Below the pieces are notes generated by a model. It was not told the origin of the DNA. It saw only the letters and a program-made list of their open reading frames with translations, and ran no database searches. From Rhizobiaceae bacterium (GTDB lineage: Bacteria > Pseudomonadota > Alphaproteobacteria > Rhizobiales > Rhizobiaceae): 64,000 nucleotides of DNA. The stretch is taken from assembly GCA_020628035.1 (NCBI GenBank), contig JAHDFS010000003.1, positions 2,616 to 66,615 of the forward strand, given 5' to 3'. Positions 1 through 10,153 of the stretch are shown piece by piece (the first letter of the stretch is position 1; the number at the start of each line of letters is the position of its first letter). The position numbers and the translations under genes are program-made.

Positions 1-542
1 CGTGTACCAAAGATAATCGTAAAGGCTGCCAATCCAACCGCCGCCCATAAAGCGGTGAGCGAAGATGCCGTTGCAGGATCTTGTCCACCAAAGCCATCAG
101 AAAACACTGAAAAGCTCAGCGTGAGCGACTGCAATTGAAGCGCGATATAAGGTGTGGAACCGATCACAGACAAAACCGTAATGATCACCGCGAGCGTAGT
201 GCTTTTGCCGTAGCGCGCTGAGATCAAATCCGCAATGGACGTAATGCGCTGGGTATTGCCAATGCGCACAAGTTTGCGTAGCAGCCACCACCAGCCGATA
301 AAGACGAGCGTTGGCCCCAGGTAAATCGTTATGAATTCCAGACCATTTCGAGCAGCGGAGCCAACGGCACCATAATAAGTCCAAGCTGTACAATAGACCG
401 AGATCGATAAAGTATAGGTTACAGGTGAGGAGAAGAAGCCAAGTTTCTTTCGCTTGGCGTTCTTCTCGGCCAAAAAGGCAACGCCAAACAATCCAGCCAC
501 GTAAATCAAACAAACAGTGAGAAGCAGATTAAATGAGAGCAT
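1..542 (-). CDS. SLC5 (Na+/solute symporter-like) domain sensor protein, CrbS/CbrA/PrlS-type hybrid kinase; N-terminal part only, runs off the window
   Basis: Not in the ORF track; I translated it manually from ATG at 542-540: MLSFNLLLTVCLIYVAGLFGVAFLAEK...YTLSISVYCTAWTYYGAVGSAARNGLEFITIYLGPTL...RITSIADLISARYGKS...GSTPYIALQLQS...FTIIFGT(R). The frame is open to the window edge. These motifs are typical of the SLC5 domain of CrbS-like kinases. The kinase domains would lie outside the window. Confidence 0.85.
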   Translation of the reverse strand, partial: MLSFNLLLTVCLIYVAGLFGVAFLAEKNAKRKKLGFFSSPVTYTLSISVYCTAWTYYGAVGSAARNGLEFITIYLGPTLVFIGWWWLLRKLVRIGNTQRITSIADLISARYGKSTTLAVIITVLSVIGSTPYIALQLQSLTLSFSVFSDGFGGQDPATASSLTALWAAVGLAAFTIIFGT

Positions 543-829
543 TAGTCTGCCTCATCCGGATTTGTATCAGTACCTCGCAGGAATCGGGCTAATCCATATG
601 CTGCAAGAATAAGTGCGGCCCAAATGCTGAATATATAAAAAGCAGTCCCGCCAATGCCCGAAGGGTTATCATTCGTGATTGTTGAGATGAGTGGTGTTGC
701 AAAAAACAAGACGCCGCATATGGGTAAAAGTGCAGCAAGGTCATTGCGTTTTTGGGCAAGCAAGGGCTTGTCTTCGGTTGTTTTGGAAGAGGTCAAGTTC
801 TCAACAGAAGGTTCTTCCAAATCTGACAT
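542..829 (-). CDS. small two-TM membrane protein, translationally coupled between the receiver and the SLC5 sensor
   Basis: 95 aa with two hydrophobic stretches (LAALLPICGVLFFATPLI; TAFYIFSIWAALILAAYGLARFL). TAATG stop/start overlaps at both ends (829 and 542). Confidence 0.75.
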   Translation of the reverse strand: MSDLEEPSVENLTSSKTTEDKPLLAQKRNDLAALLPICGVLFFATPLISTITNDNPSGIGGTAFYIFSIWAALILAAYGLARFLRGTDTNPDEAD

Positions 830-1194
830 TAGGCCACCAATTCACGGATGCTTGCGATGATTTCCTGATTGGAAAAAGGTTTGGTCATAAACAAACTGGC
901 ACCGGCGTCTTCGGCAGCCTTTCGATCTTTCTGTTGACCTTTTGCCGTGAGCATCAGGACGGGTGTTTGCGCAGTTTGTTGGTTCTGCCGGATATCGTGC
1001 AAAATCTCCATCCCACCAATATTGGGTAGCATGACATCTAAGATAACGAGGTCGGGCGTGAGTTCCGACACTTTATTTACAGCTCCGATCCCATCATTGT
1101 GGATTTCGACCTGCCAACTTTCCCGCCTTAGTAAAAAAGAAAGAGCTTCCACAATATGAGGCTCGTCCTCAATCAAGAGAACCTTTTTTGTCAT
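829..1194 (-). CDS. single-domain response regulator (receiver only)
   Basis: KKVLLIEDE...PDLVILDVMLP...PVLMLTAKG...FMTKPFS. Probable start is ATG 1194 after GGGAGGG (121 aa), not 1281. No output domain. Confidence 0.9.
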   Translation of the reverse strand: MTKKVLLIEDEPHIVEALSFLLRRESWQVEIHNDGIGAVNKVSELTPDLVILDVMLPNIGGMEILHDIRQNQQTAQTPVLMLTAKGQQKDRKAAEDAGASLFMTKPFSNQEIIASIRELVA

Positions 1195-1296
1195 CTTTCC
1201 CTCCCAGAAATGATGGGACCATACTAACTTTATTTTATCACCGTGCAAGTCTCGATAATGCCGCATGGCTTGCCAGCACAATGGATGATGGCCTTT

Positions 1297-2625
1297 CTAA
1301 TTGTCGAGGATCGAGTCCGATCGTCGCGCAGAACAATTCGTACGTGGGCAAATCTCGCAACTCATTCCAACTTTGATTGTCGGAAGAGCCCGCCGCTCAT
1401 GGGTGGGCAAAAAGCGTTGATAATCAGATGTGAACACCATGGCGCTTTTTACAGTTGGTGGAACGGTATAGTTATTTAAACCAGACCAAACCGCTTGCGA
1501 TACCGTTAGAAAGCTTTCACCGGTCGGTGTTTCGATGATGGCGCGAACGGGTTGCATGGGTTGACTGATAGCGCGATAGAGCGGCCAAAGCGGACACGCA
1601 CTACTTTTATGCGGGAGTGAAAGAGTTTTAAGCGGCTTACGAAAAAGCACTCCACCTGATCCATCACATTCAATCAGACCAAATTGCGGAAGTGTTTGCC
1701 CGTCATATTCAGATGGAAGATGTGCAAATCGGAAAAAGACATCATGGAGTTCGCAATCAAATTTTTGTGCAAGCAAAATGGGGTTATAGAGATAGTCCAC
1801 CGCGGCAACAATAAACTCATCAAGTGGCAAATGATCAGCAACACTGGCATATCGCCCGACCAATGCTTCCGCCAAGCGTTGCTCGCCCGATTCCTGAAAG
1901 TTCCACGCCTCCATCATTTTCTTTATTTGCGCTTTGGGATTAAGTTCTGGCTTTTCCAACTCATACAAATGATAGTCATGCATCTCCCAAAACTGATCGA
2001 GCTTGGATGGTGCGAGCATTGGAGATTGAGTTTCGGTGCTGGTGGTTTCATCAAAATAACTCAGCAATTTGGTGATTGTATCCGAAAGGCGCTCGCTTTC
2101 TGTTTTCATATTTTGAATAAACTTTTTGAACTGCGCGGCCGGAATCTCATCAGTCGTTGCCAAAATATCGGAGGTTGAATGTAGTACTGTTACATTCGAT
2201 AACATCAGGTGCATGGCTTCAGAGAAAAAGGGATCATGACCAAGGCGATCAGATAAAGCTTGCAGGCGCTGCTCTTGCTGTTGGATATTCTCATAAAGTT
2301 TGGCGCAAAGATTTGACCAACCGGGATATCGGCCAACAAATTCTTCCAAACGATTAAGTTCAACAGTCTTCTCGCTGATCATATTTGCAGCTTCCTGCAG
2401 CTGGGTAAGTACCAAATGGTCGGCACCTTCAGTGAGCTCTTTCGGGTCGACCTCAAGGCTTTCTGCAATGGACAGCAAAGTACGTCCGGCAATCGCACGG
2501 TGATTGTGCTCAATCAAATTCATATAGGACGTAGAGATGCCTGCTTTCTCTGCCAACATGGTTTGACTGAGCTTTTTGGCACGCCGTCTTTCACGAATGC
2601 GAGTCCCAATTAATGACCGAACCAT
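1297..2625 (-). CDS. ScfR/RamB/PccR-family short-chain fatty acyl-CoA regulator (XRE HTH plus C-terminal Cys cluster)
   Basis: N-terminal XRE HTH (IGTRIRERRRAKKLSQTMLAEKAGISTSYMNLIEHNHR), ACPLWPLY motif, C-terminal CEICPRTNCSARR. Confidence 0.88.
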   Translation of the reverse strand: MVRSLIGTRIRERRRAKKLSQTMLAEKAGISTSYMNLIEHNHRAIAGRTLLSIAESLEVDPKELTEGADHLVLTQLQEAANMISEKTVELNRLEEFVGRYPGWSNLCAKLYENIQQQEQRLQALSDRLGHDPFFSEAMHLMLSNVTVLHSTSDILATTDEIPAAQFKKFIQNMKTESERLSDTITKLLSYFDETTSTETQSPMLAPSKLDQFWEMHDYHLYELEKPELNPKAQIKKMMEAWNFQESGEQRLAEALVGRYASVADHLPLDEFIVAAVDYLYNPILLAQKFDCELHDVFFRFAHLPSEYDGQTLPQFGLIECDGSGGVLFRKPLKTLSLPHKSSACPLWPLYRAISQPMQPVRAIIETPTGESFLTVSQAVWSGLNNYTVPPTVKSAMVFTSDYQRFLPTHERRALPTIKVGMSCEICPRTNCSARRSDSILDN

Positions 2626-2662
2626 CCAATTTTTCCCAACGTTTTTCGTAACATATCAAAGT

Positions 2663-2682
2663 TTAGTAAAAAAATTTACAAA
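2663..2682. promoter_or_regulatory. putative ScfR/RamB-type operator TTAGTAAA-N4-TTTACAAA
   Basis: Near-palindromic 8-4-8 element between the divergent ScfR-family gene and the ABC operon. It resembles the TTTGCAAA-N4-TTTGCAAA site known for PccR. Confidence 0.55.
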
Positions 2683-2848
2683 ATTAAGTTTCTCTTATTG
2701 CTATTTTACACAAAAAAATCCTTTAAAGACAATAGTTTATTGATCTTTTCACAAAAATGACGCATTCTTGGACATGCGAAAATCATCGCATGACATGCCA
2801 ATGCCTTTGGAGGAAGGACTTGGCTCTAGTCTTTTTAGGAGGAATTTA

Positions 2849-4198
2849 ATGTCAATTATTAAACCAACACGACGTGGTCTATTAAGAACAAGTGCCGTTG
2901 CCGGCGCTGGTCTTGCTATGCCAACAATTTTTACAGGTTCTGCCAGCGCTTACATGAATGAGCCAACTGGTTCGTCTGTAACTTTGGGCTTCAACGTGCC
3001 ACAATCAGGTCCTTATGCTGATGAAGGTGCGGATGAGCTACGTGCTTATGAACTAGCTGTTGAACACCTAAATGGTGGCGGCGACGGCGGCATGATGAAC
3101 ACATTCTCATCAAAAGAGCTAAAAGGTAACGGTATCCTTGGCAAGAAAGTTGAGTATGTAACAGGTGATACTCAAACGAAAGCTGATGCGGCGCGTGCGT
3201 CTGCGAAATCAATGATCGAAAAAGATGGTGCGATCATGATTACTGGTGGTTCATCATCAGGTGTGGCTGTGGCTGTGCAGGCACTATGTCAGGAAGCTGG
3301 CATTATCTTCATGGCTGGTTTGACACACTCAAACGATACAACTGGTAAAGATAAGAAAGCCAACGGTTTCCGCCACTTCTTTAACTCTTACATGTCTGGT
3401 GCTGCTTTGGCGCCTGTGCTTGCAAATGCTTACGGTAAAGATCGTAAAGCTTATCACCTAACAGCTGACTATAACTGGGGTTACACAACAGAAGAAGCTG
3501 TTCGTGAATCAACAGAAGCTATGGGTTGGGAAACTGTGAACGCGGTGAAAACACCACTTACACAAACAGACTTCTCATCTTACATTGCACCAGTTCTTCA
3601 GTCAGACGCTGACGTTCTTGTTCTAAACCACTACGGTGGTAACATGATCAACTCACTCACCAACGCTGTTCAGTTCGGTCTACGTGACAAGCTTGTGAAC
3701 GGTAAGAACTTCGAAATCATCGTTCCGCTTTATTCTCGCCTTATGGCTCGCGGTGCTGGTGAAAACGTTAAAGGCATCTTCGGTTCAACAAACTGGCACT
3801 GGTCACTACAGGACGAAGGTTCAAAAGCCTTTGTTAAGTCCTTCGGTGAGAAGTATGGCTTCCCGCCATCACAGGCTGCGCACACAACATACTGTCAGAC
3901 ATTGCTATATGCTGATGCTGCTGAGCGTGCTGGTACATTTAACCCATGTGGTATCGTTGAAGCTCTTGAAGGCTTCGAGTTCGACGGTCTAGGTAACGGT
4001 AAAACACTTTACCGTGCTGAAGATCACCAGTGCTTCAAAGACGTGCTTGTTGTGAAGGGTAAAGAAAACCCAACATCTGAGTTCGATATCCTTGAAGTTG
4101 TGGAAGTAACACCTGTTGAGCAGGTCACTTACGATGCAAACATTCCACAAATGGGCGGACCAGAAGCAACATTGGGTGATTGTAACCCTGGCGCATAA
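2849..4198 (+). CDS. HAAT (LivJ/K-like) ABC transporter substrate-binding protein with Tat signal
   Basis: Start ATG 2849 after AGGAGG. Twin-arginine signal KPTRRGLLRTS. Periplasmic binding protein type-1 motifs (LGFNVPQSGPYA, GGSSSGVA, TADYNWG). Confidence 0.9.
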   Translation: MSIIKPTRRGLLRTSAVAGAGLAMPTIFTGSASAYMNEPTGSSVTLGFNVPQSGPYADEGADELRAYELAVEHLNGGGDGGMMNTFSSKELKGNGILGKKVEYVTGDTQTKADAARASAKSMIEKDGAIMITGGSSSGVAVAVQALCQEAGIIFMAGLTHSNDTTGKDKKANGFRHFFNSYMSGAALAPVLANAYGKDRKAYHLTADYNWGYTTEEAVRESTEAMGWETVNAVKTPLTQTDFSSYIAPVLQSDADVLVLNHYGGNMINSLTNAVQFGLRDKLVNGKNFEIIVPLYSRLMARGAGENVKGIFGSTNWHWSLQDEGSKAFVKSFGEKYGFPPSQAAHTTYCQTLLYADAAERAGTFNPCGIVEALEGFEFDGLGNGKTLYRAEDHQCFKDVLVVKGKENPTSEFDILEVVEVTPVEQVTYDANIPQMGGPEATLGDCNPGA

Positions 4199-4211
4199 TT
4201 TTGTGCCATAT

Positions 4212-4242
4212 GAAAAGGGGCAATTTGTGCCCCTTTTCTTTT
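4212..4242 (+). terminator. hairpin / intrinsic terminator after the SBP gene
   Basis: GAAAAGGGGCA-ATTTG-TGCCCCTTTTC followed by a T-run. Confidence 0.75.
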
Positions 4243-4286
4243 ACCTATAATATACATAAATCGATAATTACTTTTAAGGTGATGCA

Positions 4287-5318
4287 ATGGAAGCTATAGT
4301 CCTGCAGATACTTAATGGCTTGGATAAAGGGTCCGCTTATGCGTTGATCGCTCTAGGTCTGACATTGATCTTTGGTACACTCGGTGTCGTGAATTTTGCC
4401 CATGGTGCTCTCTTCATGATTGGCGCGTTTTGTGCCGTCACACTCAGCAAAATTTTAACCCTTAGCCACGTTGTTATCGATGCGACTAAGAAAGATTTCT
4501 TGGGGAACCCACTCAAAGTTGAGGTTCCTTACATCTATGATTTCGTCGGCGAAAATGCTGGTAATATCATCATAGATTGGGCCGTTCCCCTTTCCATATT
4601 ATTTGCGATCCCGATCATGGTTTTAATCGGCTTCATTATGGAGCGTGGCCTCATCAAACACTTCTATAAACGTCCGCATGCTGACCAAATCCTGGTGACT
4701 TTTGGTTTGGCGATTGTGATGCAAGAAGTGATCAAATATTTCTACGGTGCAAACCCAATTCCAACACCAGCGCCTGAAGCGTTCAAAGGATCGCTTGATT
4801 TTGGTGCCATGCTTGGATTTGAAGCCAATTCCATCATCTATCCTTATTGGCGTTTGGTTTATTTCTCCTTCGCTGCGGTGATTATCGGTGGTGTGTTTGC
4901 CTTCTTGCAATTCACAACTTTCGGGATGGTTGTTCGTGCCGGGATGGCAGACCGCGAAACTGTTGGTCTATTGGGCATTAACATCGACAAACGCTTCACA
5001 ATTATGTTTGGCTTGGCGGCAGCCGTCGCAGGTCTTGCCGGTGTGATGTACACACCCATTAACTCACCCAACTATCACATGGGCATGGACTTTCTTGTTC
5101 TAAGCTTCGTGGTTGTTGTGGTCGGTGGCATGGGCTCCCTCTCAGGTGCGGTGCTCGCTGGGTTCCTGCTTGGGATCTTGGAAAGTTTTGCGTCCATGAC
5201 CGCTGTGTTGGAAACCCTTCCGGGCATCAACCAAATTATCATTTACTTAGTTGCTATCATTGTGCTTCTCACACGACCTCGCGGTCTGATGGGTAAAGCT
5301 GGCGTGATGGAGGAATAA
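4287..5318 (+). CDS. branched-chain amino acid-type ABC permease (LivH-like)
   Basis: [31 protein letters not shown]; [11 protein letters not shown]; RPRGLMG. Confidence 0.92.
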   Translation: MEAIVLQILNGLDKGSAYALIALGLTLIFGTLGVVNFAHGALFMIGAFCAVTLSKILTLSHVVIDATKKDFLGNPLKVEVPYIYDFVGENAGNIIIDWAVPLSILFAIPIMVLIGFIMERGLIKHFYKRPHADQILVTFGLAIVMQEVIKYFYGANPIPTPAPEAFKGSLDFGAMLGFEANSIIYPYWRLVYFSFAAVIIGGVFAFLQFTTFGMVVRAGMADRETVGLLGINIDKRFTIMFGLAAAVAGLAGVMYTPINSPNYHMGMDFLVLSFVVVVVGGMGSLSGAVLAGFLLGILESFASMTAVLETLPGINQIIIYLVAIIVLLTRPRGLMGKAGVMEE

Positions 5319-5320
5319 TC

Positions 5321-6526
5321 ATGTTTGGACTTAGAAAATCAGATTCAGTTCTGCTTCTTATTGTAATTGCGCTCACAGTATTTGCGCCATTTATCCTCAA
5401 CCCATTTCCGGAAAATTCGGTCATGGCTCAGTTCAATGCGGGTTATCCCGATCTTATGCAACGCTTGGTGATCTTTGGCATCTTTGCCATTGGATTTAAC
5501 ATCTTGTTTGGTCTGACGGGTTATCTCAGCTTCGGACACGCAGCCTTCTTGGGTGTCGGTTCCTATGCGGGCGTCTGGATGATTAAGCTTCTAACGCTAA
5601 ACGTCATTCCTGCGATTGTTGTCTCTGTGATTGTTGCGGGTGCCTTCTCACTGCTCGTGGGGTGGATTTCATTAAGACGTTCTGGGATTTACTTCTCAAT
5701 TCTGACGCTTGCATTTGCGCAAATGTCATATGCTTTAGCTTACTCAGTGCTCACACCGATCACCGGTGGTGAAACGGGGCTTCAGCCAAAAGTAGCAGAT
5801 CCACGCATCTTAGATGCAGCCTTGGAAGAAGGTGTTACACCGCGCGCAAATCTCTTTGGTATGTTTATGAATGACAGCTATGAGATGGTCGTCGGTGGAT
5901 GGATATTCACCTTCAATGTTGGCTACTATATTGCCGCAATCTGCATGGTGTTTGCGTTCTATTTGTCCATCCGCATTTTCAGATCACCTTTTGGTCTTAT
6001 GTTGCGTGCGGTTAAATCAAACCAACAGCGTTTGAACTATACAGGCATTGAATCAAAACCATACACATTGGCAGCCTTTGTCATCTCAGGCATGTATGCC
6101 GGTCTTGCAGGTGGTTTGTTGGTTGCAATGGATACGCAAGCGGGTGCGGAGCGCATGTTCTGGACAGCTTCTGGTGAGGTTGTACTAATGACCATCCTTG
6201 GTGGTGCCGGGACGTTAATTGGCCCGGTTCTGGGTGCTGGTTTCATCAAATATTTTGAGAATATTGTGTCTAAGATCAATGCCAACATCCTTGAGACCTG
6301 GTTCTCGTTCATGCCCGACGGCATTAGCGATCTATTTGTCGGTCTTATTTATCCGTTCATCGGTAAAGGCTGGCACTTAACACTTGGTATCTTGTTCATG
6401 CTGGTTGTGATCTTCTTGCCAGGTGGACTGGTGCAGGGCGGGCAAAAAATTGCTGGCATGTTTAAAAACAAAAAAGACGGTTCAGATTCAGCAACAAGCA
6501 GCGCATCAGCTGCGCCAGCTGAATAA
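5321..6526 (+). CDS. branched-chain amino acid-type ABC permease (LivM-like)
   Basis: [17 protein letters not shown]; [13 protein letters not shown]; TGGETG; [15 protein letters not shown]. Confidence 0.92.
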   Translation: MFGLRKSDSVLLLIVIALTVFAPFILNPFPENSVMAQFNAGYPDLMQRLVIFGIFAIGFNILFGLTGYLSFGHAAFLGVGSYAGVWMIKLLTLNVIPAIVVSVIVAGAFSLLVGWISLRRSGIYFSILTLAFAQMSYALAYSVLTPITGGETGLQPKVADPRILDAALEEGVTPRANLFGMFMNDSYEMVVGGWIFTFNVGYYIAAICMVFAFYLSIRIFRSPFGLMLRAVKSNQQRLNYTGIESKPYTLAAFVISGMYAGLAGGLLVAMDTQAGAERMFWTASGEVVLMTILGGAGTLIGPVLGAGFIKYFENIVSKINANILETWFSFMPDGISDLFVGLIYPFIGKGWHLTLGILFMLVVIFLPGGLVQGGQKIAGMFKNKKDGSDSATSSASAAPAE

Positions 6527-6542
6527 CATTTAGGAGTTCATT

Positions 6543-7298
6543 ATGGGTATTTTAGAAGTCCAAAATGTGAATAAGAGCTTTGGTGGGTTGAAGGCTCTGA
6601 CGAATGTAAATCTTAATGTCGAAGAGGGTATGATCCACGCGATTATCGGGCCAAATGGTGCGGGCAAATCAACATTGCTCAACTGCTTTGTGGGCCGGTT
6701 GATCCCTGACACAGGCGCGGTGACCTTTGATGGTCAATCACTCTTGGGTAAAAAGCCGCACGAGATCAACCAAACAGGTGTGTCTCGTGTGTTCCAGACA
6801 CCGGAAATTTTCTCAGACCTTACAGTCCTAGAAAATGTCATGATCCCGTGTTTTGCCAAGCGTGATGGTTCTTATTCTTTGAACGCAATTAAGGCTGTTG
6901 GCAACGAGAAAGACATTCTCGAAAAAGCCGAGCAGATGCTGGTTGATGTGAACATGGCCGATAAACGCGATATGGTCGCGTCCTCTATGTCACGTGGTGA
7001 TAAACGTCGTTTGGAAATGGCCATGTGCTTGTCGCAAGATCCGAAGCTATTGCTCTTGGATGAGCCGACAGCAGGTATGGCGCGTGCTGACACCAATAAC
7101 ACGATTGACCTACTGGCTGAAATTCAGGAAAAACGACACATCACTATGGTCGTTATTGAACATGATATGCATGTTGTTTTCTCACTGGCACAGAAAATTT
7201 CAGTGTTGGCGCAGGGGACAGTGATTGTGGAAGATTTACCTGAAAAAATTAAAGGTCACCCAAAGGTTCAAGAAGCCTATTTGGGTGGTGCACATTAA
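6543..7298 (+). CDS. ABC ATP-binding protein (LivG-like)
   Basis: Walker [26 protein letters not shown]-terminal VQEAYLG. Confidence 0.93.
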   Translation: MGILEVQNVNKSFGGLKALTNVNLNVEEGMIHAIIGPNGAGKSTLLNCFVGRLIPDTGAVTFDGQSLLGKKPHEINQTGVSRVFQTPEIFSDLTVLENVMIPCFAKRDGSYSLNAIKAVGNEKDILEKAEQMLVDVNMADKRDMVASSMSRGDKRRLEMAMCLSQDPKLLLLDEPTAGMARADTNNTIDLLAEIQEKRHITMVVIEHDMHVVFSLAQKISVLAQGTVIVEDLPEKIKGHPKVQEAYLGGAH

Positions 7299-7322
7299 TT
7301 AAGAATAAGCTGAGTAGATATT

Positions 7323-8066
7323 ATGTCAGAAAATATGAATGCAAATCATGCAAAAAATGCCCCAGCTTATTTTTCAGCTTGGGATATTAAAGCCTATTAC
7401 GGTGAAAGTTACATCGTACAAGGGGTAAGCCTTAATATTCATGAAGGCGAAATCCTTGCGCTATTGGGTCGAAATGGTGCGGGTAAAACATCGACACTTC
7501 GCGCGTTGGCGCGTTTGTCAAATCCAATGGTCACACATGGTGAAATCTGGCTTGATCATCAACCACTTCACTTGATGAAAGCCCATGAAGCGTCACAAGC
7601 CGGTATTGGGCTCGTGCCAGAAGACCGCAGAATTATCCAAGGCCTAACGGTTGAGGAAAATCTGCAACTTGCGCAAATTGAAAAGCCTATTGGTTGGTCA
7701 ATCGAGCGCATTTATGAGCTCTTCCCACGTCTTGGCGAACGCGCAAAGCAAGAGGGCACAACGCTATCAGGTGGTGAACAGCAAATGCTGGCCATTGGTC
7801 GTGCCTTGGCCCGTGACATTAAATTGTTGTTGTTGGATGAGCCATATGAGGGGTTGGCGCCGGTGATTGTTCAGGAGATCGAAAAAACACTTCATCTCAT
7901 TCGCGAGCAAGGCATTACAACGGTCATTGTGGAACAAAACGCGGTTGCTGCGTTAAACCTTGCAGACCGTGCTGTCATCCTTGATACCGGCAAGGTGGTG
8001 TTTGACGGCACTGCGAAAGAGGTCCTCGACAACGAAGAACTTCGTCACGAATATCTGGCCATTTAG
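7323..8066 (+). CDS. ABC ATP-binding protein (LivF-like)
   Basis: GRNGAGKTS, LSGGEQQMLAIGRAL, LLLDEPYEGLAP, VEQN. Confidence 0.93.
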   Translation: MSENMNANHAKNAPAYFSAWDIKAYYGESYIVQGVSLNIHEGEILALLGRNGAGKTSTLRALARLSNPMVTHGEIWLDHQPLHLMKAHEASQAGIGLVPEDRRIIQGLTVEENLQLAQIEKPIGWSIERIYELFPRLGERAKQEGTTLSGGEQQMLAIGRALARDIKLLLLDEPYEGLAPVIVQEIEKTLHLIREQGITTVIVEQNAVAALNLADRAVILDTGKVVFDGTAKEVLDNEELRHEYLAI

Positions 8067-8075
8067 AGGCTATTC

Positions 8076-8105
8076 AAAGCCCCATCTTCAGCTGGTGGGG
8101 CTTTT
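8076..8105 (+). terminator. hairpin / intrinsic terminator between the ABC operon and acs
   Basis: AAAGCCCCA...TGGGGCTTTT inverted repeat. Confidence 0.65.
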
Positions 8106-8145
8106 ACAAATATATACATTTGACTAATAGTGCAGGGAGAACGCT

Positions 8146-10089
8146 ATGAGCGATCCAATTTTTCCACCCGCTGATGAATTTGCAAATTCGGCACATATTT
8201 CCAAAGCAAAATATGATGAAATGTATGCGTCATCCGTCGCTGATCCTGATAAATTCTGGGGCGAAGTCGGCAAACGTCTGGATTGGATTGAACCTTTCAC
8301 GATCGTAAAAAACACAAGCTTTGCCTATGACAATGTGTCGATCAAATGGTTTGAAGATGGTGTCCTCAATGTCTGCGCCAACTGCGTAGACCGTCACTTG
8401 GAAACACGCGGAGATCAGACTGCGATTATTTGGGAAGGTGATGATCCAACCGTCTCTGAGCACATTACTTATAACCAACTTCATGAACATGTTTCGCGCC
8501 TCGCAAATGGATATAAATCTTTGGGCGTTGGCAAAGGTGATCGCGTTATTTTATATATGCCGATGATCCCAGAAGCCGCCTATGCAATGCTTGCTTGTGC
8601 GCGTATCGGTGCGGTTCATTCCATCGTCTTTGGTGGTTTCTCTCCGGATGCGCTTGCAAGTCGCGTAACAGATTGTGGCGCTAAACTGCTTGTCACAGCA
8701 GATGAAGGCCCGCGTGGTGGTAAAAACATCCCGCTTAAGAAAAATGTCGATGCGGCATTGGAAATTTCAGGCGATGTGACAACGATTGTCGTCAAGCGGA
8801 CAGGCGGTGGCCCGGGTAACAAACCTGGCCGCGACCATGATTATGGTGAGCTTGTTGCAAGTGTATCAGCTGATTGCCCTGTGGAGCCAATGAATGCGGA
8901 AGATCCGCTATTTATTCTTTATACTTCTGGTTCAACAGGTAAGCCAAAAGGCGTGTTGCACACATCAGGGGGCTATCTCACTTATGCCGCCATGACACAT
9001 GAATATGTCTTTGATTATCATGATGGTGACATTTATTGGTGTACTGCTGACGTTGGTTGGGTCACAGGACACAGCTATATCGTCTACGGCCCGCTCGCCA
9101 ATGGTGCCATCACCCTTATGTTTGAAGGTGTGCCAACTTATCCAGATGCGTCGCGCTTCTGGCAGGTCTGCGAAAAACACAAAGTCAATCAATTCTACAC
9201 AGCGCCAACCGCGATCCGCGCATTGATGGCACAAGGCAAAGAACCGGTTGAAAAGTGCGATCTTTCAACGCTGAAAGTTTTGGGCACTGTGGGTGAACCG
9301 ATCAACCCAGAAGCTTGGAACTGGTATAACGAAGTTGTCGGCAAGGGTAATTGCCCAATCGTTGACACTTGGTGGCAGACAGAAACGGGCGGTCATATGA
9401 TTACACCGCTCCCGGGCGCAACAGCTGCAAAACCTGGTTCTGCAACCAAACCATTCTTTGGTGTGCAGCCTGTTCTGCTTGAACCAACAACAGGCGCTGA
9501 GATCGATGAAACCGCCGCAGAAGGCGTGCTTTGCATCAAAGACAGCTGGCCTGGGCAAATGCGGACTGTTTATGGTGATCATGAGCGTTTTGTTCAGACA
9601 TACTTCTCTGATTATAAAGGCTACTATTTCACAGGAGATGGCTGTCGTCGCGATGCAGACGGTTATTACTGGATCACAGGTCGCGTGGATGATGTGATCA
9701 ATGTATCCGGCCACAGAATGGGCACCGCTGAGGTTGAAAGCGCGCTTGTTGCCCATCCAAAAGTATCTGAATCAGCCGTTGTGGGTTACCCACATGATGT
9801 GAAAGGGCAGGGCATTTACTGTTATGTCACGCTGAATGCAGGCGAAGAACCAACCGATGATCTTCGTGTTGAATTGCGCAATTGGGTGCGTAAAGAAATT
9901 GGCCCAATTGCATCGCCCGACCTCATTCAATGGGCACCGGGTTTGCCAAAAACGCGTTCTGGTAAAATCATGCGCCGTATTCTTCGCAAGATCGCAGAGG
10001 ATGATTTTGGTGCATTGGGTGATACCTCAACGCTTGCTGATCCTTCCGTTGTCGACAATCTGATCGACAACCGGATGAACCGTTCATAA
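8146..10089 (+). CDS. acs: acetyl-coenzyme A synthetase
   Basis: [46 protein letters not shown]; 647 aa. Confidence 0.97.
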   Translation: MSDPIFPPADEFANSAHISKAKYDEMYASSVADPDKFWGEVGKRLDWIEPFTIVKNTSFAYDNVSIKWFEDGVLNVCANCVDRHLETRGDQTAIIWEGDDPTVSEHITYNQLHEHVSRLANGYKSLGVGKGDRVILYMPMIPEAAYAMLACARIGAVHSIVFGGFSPDALASRVTDCGAKLLVTADEGPRGGKNIPLKKNVDAALEISGDVTTIVVKRTGGGPGNKPGRDHDYGELVASVSADCPVEPMNAEDPLFILYTSGSTGKPKGVLHTSGGYLTYAAMTHEYVFDYHDGDIYWCTADVGWVTGHSYIVYGPLANGAITLMFEGVPTYPDASRFWQVCEKHKVNQFYTAPTAIRALMAQGKEPVEKCDLSTLKVLGTVGEPINPEAWNWYNEVVGKGNCPIVDTWWQTETGGHMITPLPGATAAKPGSATKPFFGVQPVLLEPTTGAEIDETAAEGVLCIKDSWPGQMRTVYGDHERFVQTYFSDYKGYYFTGDGCRRDADGYYWITGRVDDVINVSGHRMGTAEVESALVAHPKVSESAVVGYPHDVKGQGIYCYVTLNAGEEPTDDLRVELRNWVRKEIGPIASPDLIQWAPGLPKTRSGKIMRRILRKIAEDDFGALGDTSTLADPSVVDNLIDNRMNRS

Positions 10090-10117
10090 TAATAATAAGA
10101 AAAGGCGCCAACCAAGT

Positions 10118-10148
10118 GGGTCGGTCTGAAAAGATCGACCCTTTTTTT
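10118..10148 (+). terminator. intrinsic terminator between the convergent acs and SDR genes
   Basis: GGGTCGGTCT-GAAA-AGATCGACCC followed by T7. Confidence 0.8.
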
Positions 10149-10153
10149 GTTAG

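Noticed and set aside
97-513. 138-aa minus-strand ORF from the track
   Set aside because: Wrong frame. It is a shadow of the CrbS-like SLC5 gene starting at 542, whose frame carries the recognisable motifs.
1195-1281. N-terminal 29-aa extension of the response regulator
   Set aside because: A good RBS precedes ATG 1194 and the receiver fold starts there.
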